A stretch of DNA of 49,194 nt, the filler included, from Candidatus Woesearchaeota archaeon (GTDB taxonomy: Archaea > Nanobdellota > Nanobdellia > Woesearchaeales > DATGWN01): the NCBI GenBank assembly GCA_047603125.1. It is 2 parts of 2 records of this genome, joined end to end, with 100 filler letters (N's around TTAATTAATTAA, not from the genome) between each part and the next. Parts side by side here need not be neighbours in the genome. Positions count along the whole stretch, not along the records: positions 24,786 to 49,194 come from JBLKOU010000015.1; 1 more part is not named here. The stretch is one strand, 5' to 3'. Made by a program: the position numbers and the translations under genes. The number at the start of each line of letters is the position of its first letter. Position 1 is the stretch's first letter. The notes beneath the pieces were generated by a model. The model searched no databases and was not told where the DNA came from. It worked only from the letters and a program-made list of their open reading frames with translations. Below, piece after piece: positions 46,534 through 49,194 of the stretch.

Positions 46534-49149
46534 CTAACCAAAGTAGTTAGCAGCATTATCAGCCATCTCTTTTGAGCGAACTTGTCTAAATTGCTCTTGG
46601 ATTTGCTCATAACTCTTTTCAATCTCTGCACTCACTGAAGGTTTTACTTGTTTAAGCGCTTCGTCAAAGTCAGCCATTGAAACTTCACTTGCCTGTAAAT
46701 CCTTTCGCAATGTCAGCATCGCAGCCTCACGACAAACCGCCTCAATATCTGCACCAACATACCCTTGCGTTCGTTTTGCAAGACTTTCTAGTGTAACATC
46801 TTTTGCAAGTGGAATATTTTTTGTATGTATCGCAAAAATATGAGCACGCGTTTTCTCATCTGGAACATTTGCAAGCACAATTCTATCAAAGCGACCAGGT
46901 CTCATAAGCGCACTGTCTACAAGGTCGGGTCTATTTGTTGCTGCAATTACAACAACATTTGCAAGCGACTCCAAGCCATCGAGTTCAGTTAAAAGTTGAT
47001 TAACCACACGCTCAGTTGCATGCCCACCACTTGAATCTGAACCACGTCTGGGTGCAAGTGCATCAATTTCATCAAAGAAAATAATTGATGGTGACGTTTG
47101 TCGCGCCTTTGCAAAAACCTTGCGCACTGCCTTCTCACTATCACCCAACCATTTTGATAAAAGTTCTGGACCTTTCACACTGATAAAGTTTGCACGACTC
47201 TCATTTGCAACAGCTTTTGCAAGCAATGTTTTACCAGTTCCTGGAGGACCATACAATAAAACACCTTTTGGAGGTTTAACACCCATGCGCTCAAAAACAT
47301 GGGGATGTTGCAATGGCCACTCAACAGCTTCTTGTAATTGTTGTTTTACTGTGTCCATACCACCAATGTCTTTCCATTTTGTTGTCGGAACTTCAATGAG
47401 TACTTCACGAAGTGCGCTTGGTCGAACCGTTTTGAGCGCTTCATAAAAGTCATCTTTTCGTAATTTTAATCGTTCAAGTATTTCTGGTGGAATCGCCTCA
47501 TCTTTATCAAGCTCAATGTCAGGAAGAACTTTTCGTAAAACAACCATTGCTGATTCTTTTGTTAATGCAGCTAAGTCTGCTCCAACAAAACCATGAGTAA
47601 TTTCAGAGATGTCCTCTAAATCCTGATCAACACCTTCACCCATTACCTTTGAAATAATCACTTTATTTGCATCAATTCGAAGTAATAACTCAACTGCATC
47701 TTTAATTTTTACAGGTGCATTATTGACTAATTGTTCCTTAAAATCTTTTGCGACAAAGACTTCATTTTCCTGTTCTTGTTTATTCAAATAATAACAAACC
47801 TCATCCACAGGATATTTTTTTTCTTTAAGTTGATCTAAAAACACCGTATATGCGCCAATCGTCTTTTGGTAAGAAATATCTTCTTTTTCTTTGAGCACTT
47901 CTATACGTTTTTGTAATTCTTTTTTGAATACTTCACTAAAAACAGTAGGATAAATTGTTCCTTGAAGCGGCATACCCCTTGTATGAATTTTTAAGATATT
48001 AAGTCGACCATCTTTTTGCGGCGGATTAATTTCAAGCTCTCGATCAAAACGACCCGGGCGTCGAAGCGCAGGATCTAACGTATTTGGCATATTTGTTGCT
48101 GCAATCACAACGACTTTACCACGACTCTTTAGCCCATCCATCATCGTGAGCAATTGAGCGACAACACGGCGTTCAACTTCACCCTTTGCTTCTTCTCGAC
48201 TTGTGGCAATTGCATCAATTTCATCAATAAAAATAATCGACGGTGCATTTTTTTCAGCTTCTTCAAACTTCTTTCGCAAATTCGCTTCTGACTCACCATA
48301 AAATTTCGACATAATTTCTGGGCCATTGACCAATAAAAAGTTTGAATTTGTTTCATTTGCAACAGCTTTTGCAAGCAGAGTCTTTCCCGTTCCTGGTGGA
48401 CCATGCAACAAAACTCCTTTTGGTGGTTCAATACCAAGCTGCTCAAAAATTTCAGGATGTTTGAGTGGCAATTCTACGAGTTCACGAATTTTTGCAACTT
48501 CATCTGTTAATCCACCAACATCTTCATATGTTACTTCTAAAACTTGATCTTCTGTTACTTCAACAGCCTCAGGATTATATTCTATTTCTGTGTTAGGACC
48601 AACAAAGACTGCTTGTTTTTGCGGCTTTGTATCAACAACAATGAATTTAAATTCACCCAGACCAAAATTGCCACCAAGTGCTTCATCCATCATAGAGAAT
48701 GCATCATTAAAAAAAGGATTTCCACTCATGGTATTTCTTCGACGTTTCGTCCCACCCAATGTCACAATATCTCCTTTAAGTAATGCTTTTCCTAAAAGCC
48801 CTTGTTTAAACATCGATGGCGGCGCGCGAATAACCAAACCCTTTTGTGAGGGAGCAATACTCACCTTTGTCGCCTCAGTGACATCAACTGCTTGAATAGT
48901 CACATACTCGCCAATGGAAGCCTTTGCATTTCTTCTTGCAATACCATCCATTCTAATAATATTAAGACCAATATCACCCGGATACGCACGATCAACAATG
49001 GCAACGGTTTTACGTTCGCCCTTAATCTGCACAAAATCGCCAGGTTTAATCGCTAATTTATGAATAATATTAGAATCTAAGCGAACAATGCCCTTATTTA
49101 CATCATCTTGAATTGCTTCTGCTACTTTTAATTTCACTTCTTCTGTCAT
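46534..49149 (-). CDS. cdc48: CDC48/VAT AAA+ ATPase
   Basis: N-domain, two GPPGTGKT Walker A motifs, two RPGRFDR motifs, C-terminal YFG. Confidence 0.97.
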   Translation of the reverse strand: MTEEVKLKVAEAIQDDVNKGIVRLDSNIIHKLAIKPGDFVQIKGERKTVAIVDRAYPGDIGLNIIRMDGIARRNAKASIGEYVTIQAVDVTEATKVSIAPSQKGLVIRAPPSMFKQGLLGKALLKGDIVTLGGTKRRRNTMSGNPFFNDAFSMMDEALGGNFGLGEFKFIVVDTKPQKQAVFVGPNTEIEYNPEAVEVTEDQVLEVTYEDVGGLTDEVAKIRELVELPLKHPEIFEQLGIEPPKGVLLHGPPGTGKTLLAKAVANETNSNFLLVNGPEIMSKFYGESEANLRKKFEEAEKNAPSIIFIDEIDAIATSREEAKGEVERRVVAQLLTMMDGLKSRGKVVVIAATNMPNTLDPALRRPGRFDRELEINPPQKDGRLNILKIHTRGMPLQGTIYPTVFSEVFKKELQKRIEVLKEKEDISYQKTIGAYTVFLDQLKEKKYPVDEVCYYLNKQEQENEVFVAKDFKEQLVNNAPVKIKDAVELLLRIDANKVIISKVMGEGVDQDLEDISEITHGFVGADLAALTKESAMVVLRKVLPDIELDKDEAIPPEILERLKLRKDDFYEALKTVRPSALREVLIEVPTTKWKDIGGMDTVKQQLQEAVEWPLQHPHVFERMGVKPPKGVLLYGPPGTGKTLLAKAVANESRANFISVKGPELLSKWLGDSEKAVRKVFAKARQTSPSIIFFDEIDALAPRRGSDSSGGHATERVVNQLLTELDGLESLANVVVIAATNRPDLVDSALMRPGRFDRIVLANVPDEKTRAHIFAIHTKNIPLAKDVTLESLAKRTQGYVGADIEAVCREAAMLTLRKDLQASEVSMADFDEALKQVKPSVSAEIEKSYEQIQEQFRQVRSKEMADNAANYFG

Positions 49150-49194
49150 ATGCATCCCCTAAACATAACTTCTTAATAAGCCTTTCGTTGATTT

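Noticed and set aside
1841..48895. Numerous short antisense or nested ORFs in the six-frame track
   Set aside because: They are shadows of well-supported genes and have no motifs or expression signals.
1..49194. CRISPR array, rRNA, transposase, integrase or reverse transcriptase
   Set aside because: No regularly spaced repeats or matching motifs were seen.

Overview
Archaeal genomic DNA (TBP, TFE, MCM, Hjc, GatDE, CDC48, archaeal tRNAs without encoded CCA). The compact, AT-rich, largely leaderless organisation suggests a DPANN lineage, probably Woesearchaeota (inference). The window is two contigs joined by an artificial N44-TTAATTAATTAA-N44 spacer at 24686-24785. Contig 1 holds an information-processing cluster (RPA2-like, MCM with two LAGLIDADG inteins, TBP, TrmB, TFE, Hjc), a surface glycosylation cluster, a short NFACT protein, a Nop2/RsmB methyltransferase, three related coiled-coil genes and two divergent tRNAs. 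Contig 2 holds an ABC exporter, a convergent RHH/PIN pair, secreted proteins, PLD, TatD, a second RsmB, dUTPase, a DHH protein, a Lon-like protease, a cpGTPase, GatDE and CDC48. The most striking signals are non-coding and all lie on contig 2. (1) A family of intergenic three-way-junction elements that share a CTT-bulged closing stem with compensatory changes (three full copies and one miniature). (2) A 193-bp hairpin-rich repeat in two copies, with IS200/IS605-like end hairpins, physically linked to that family. (3) A candidate ~175-nt sRNA of four hairpins (three with G-U pairs) linked by anti-Shine-Dalgarno-like (TC)ACCTC motifs.
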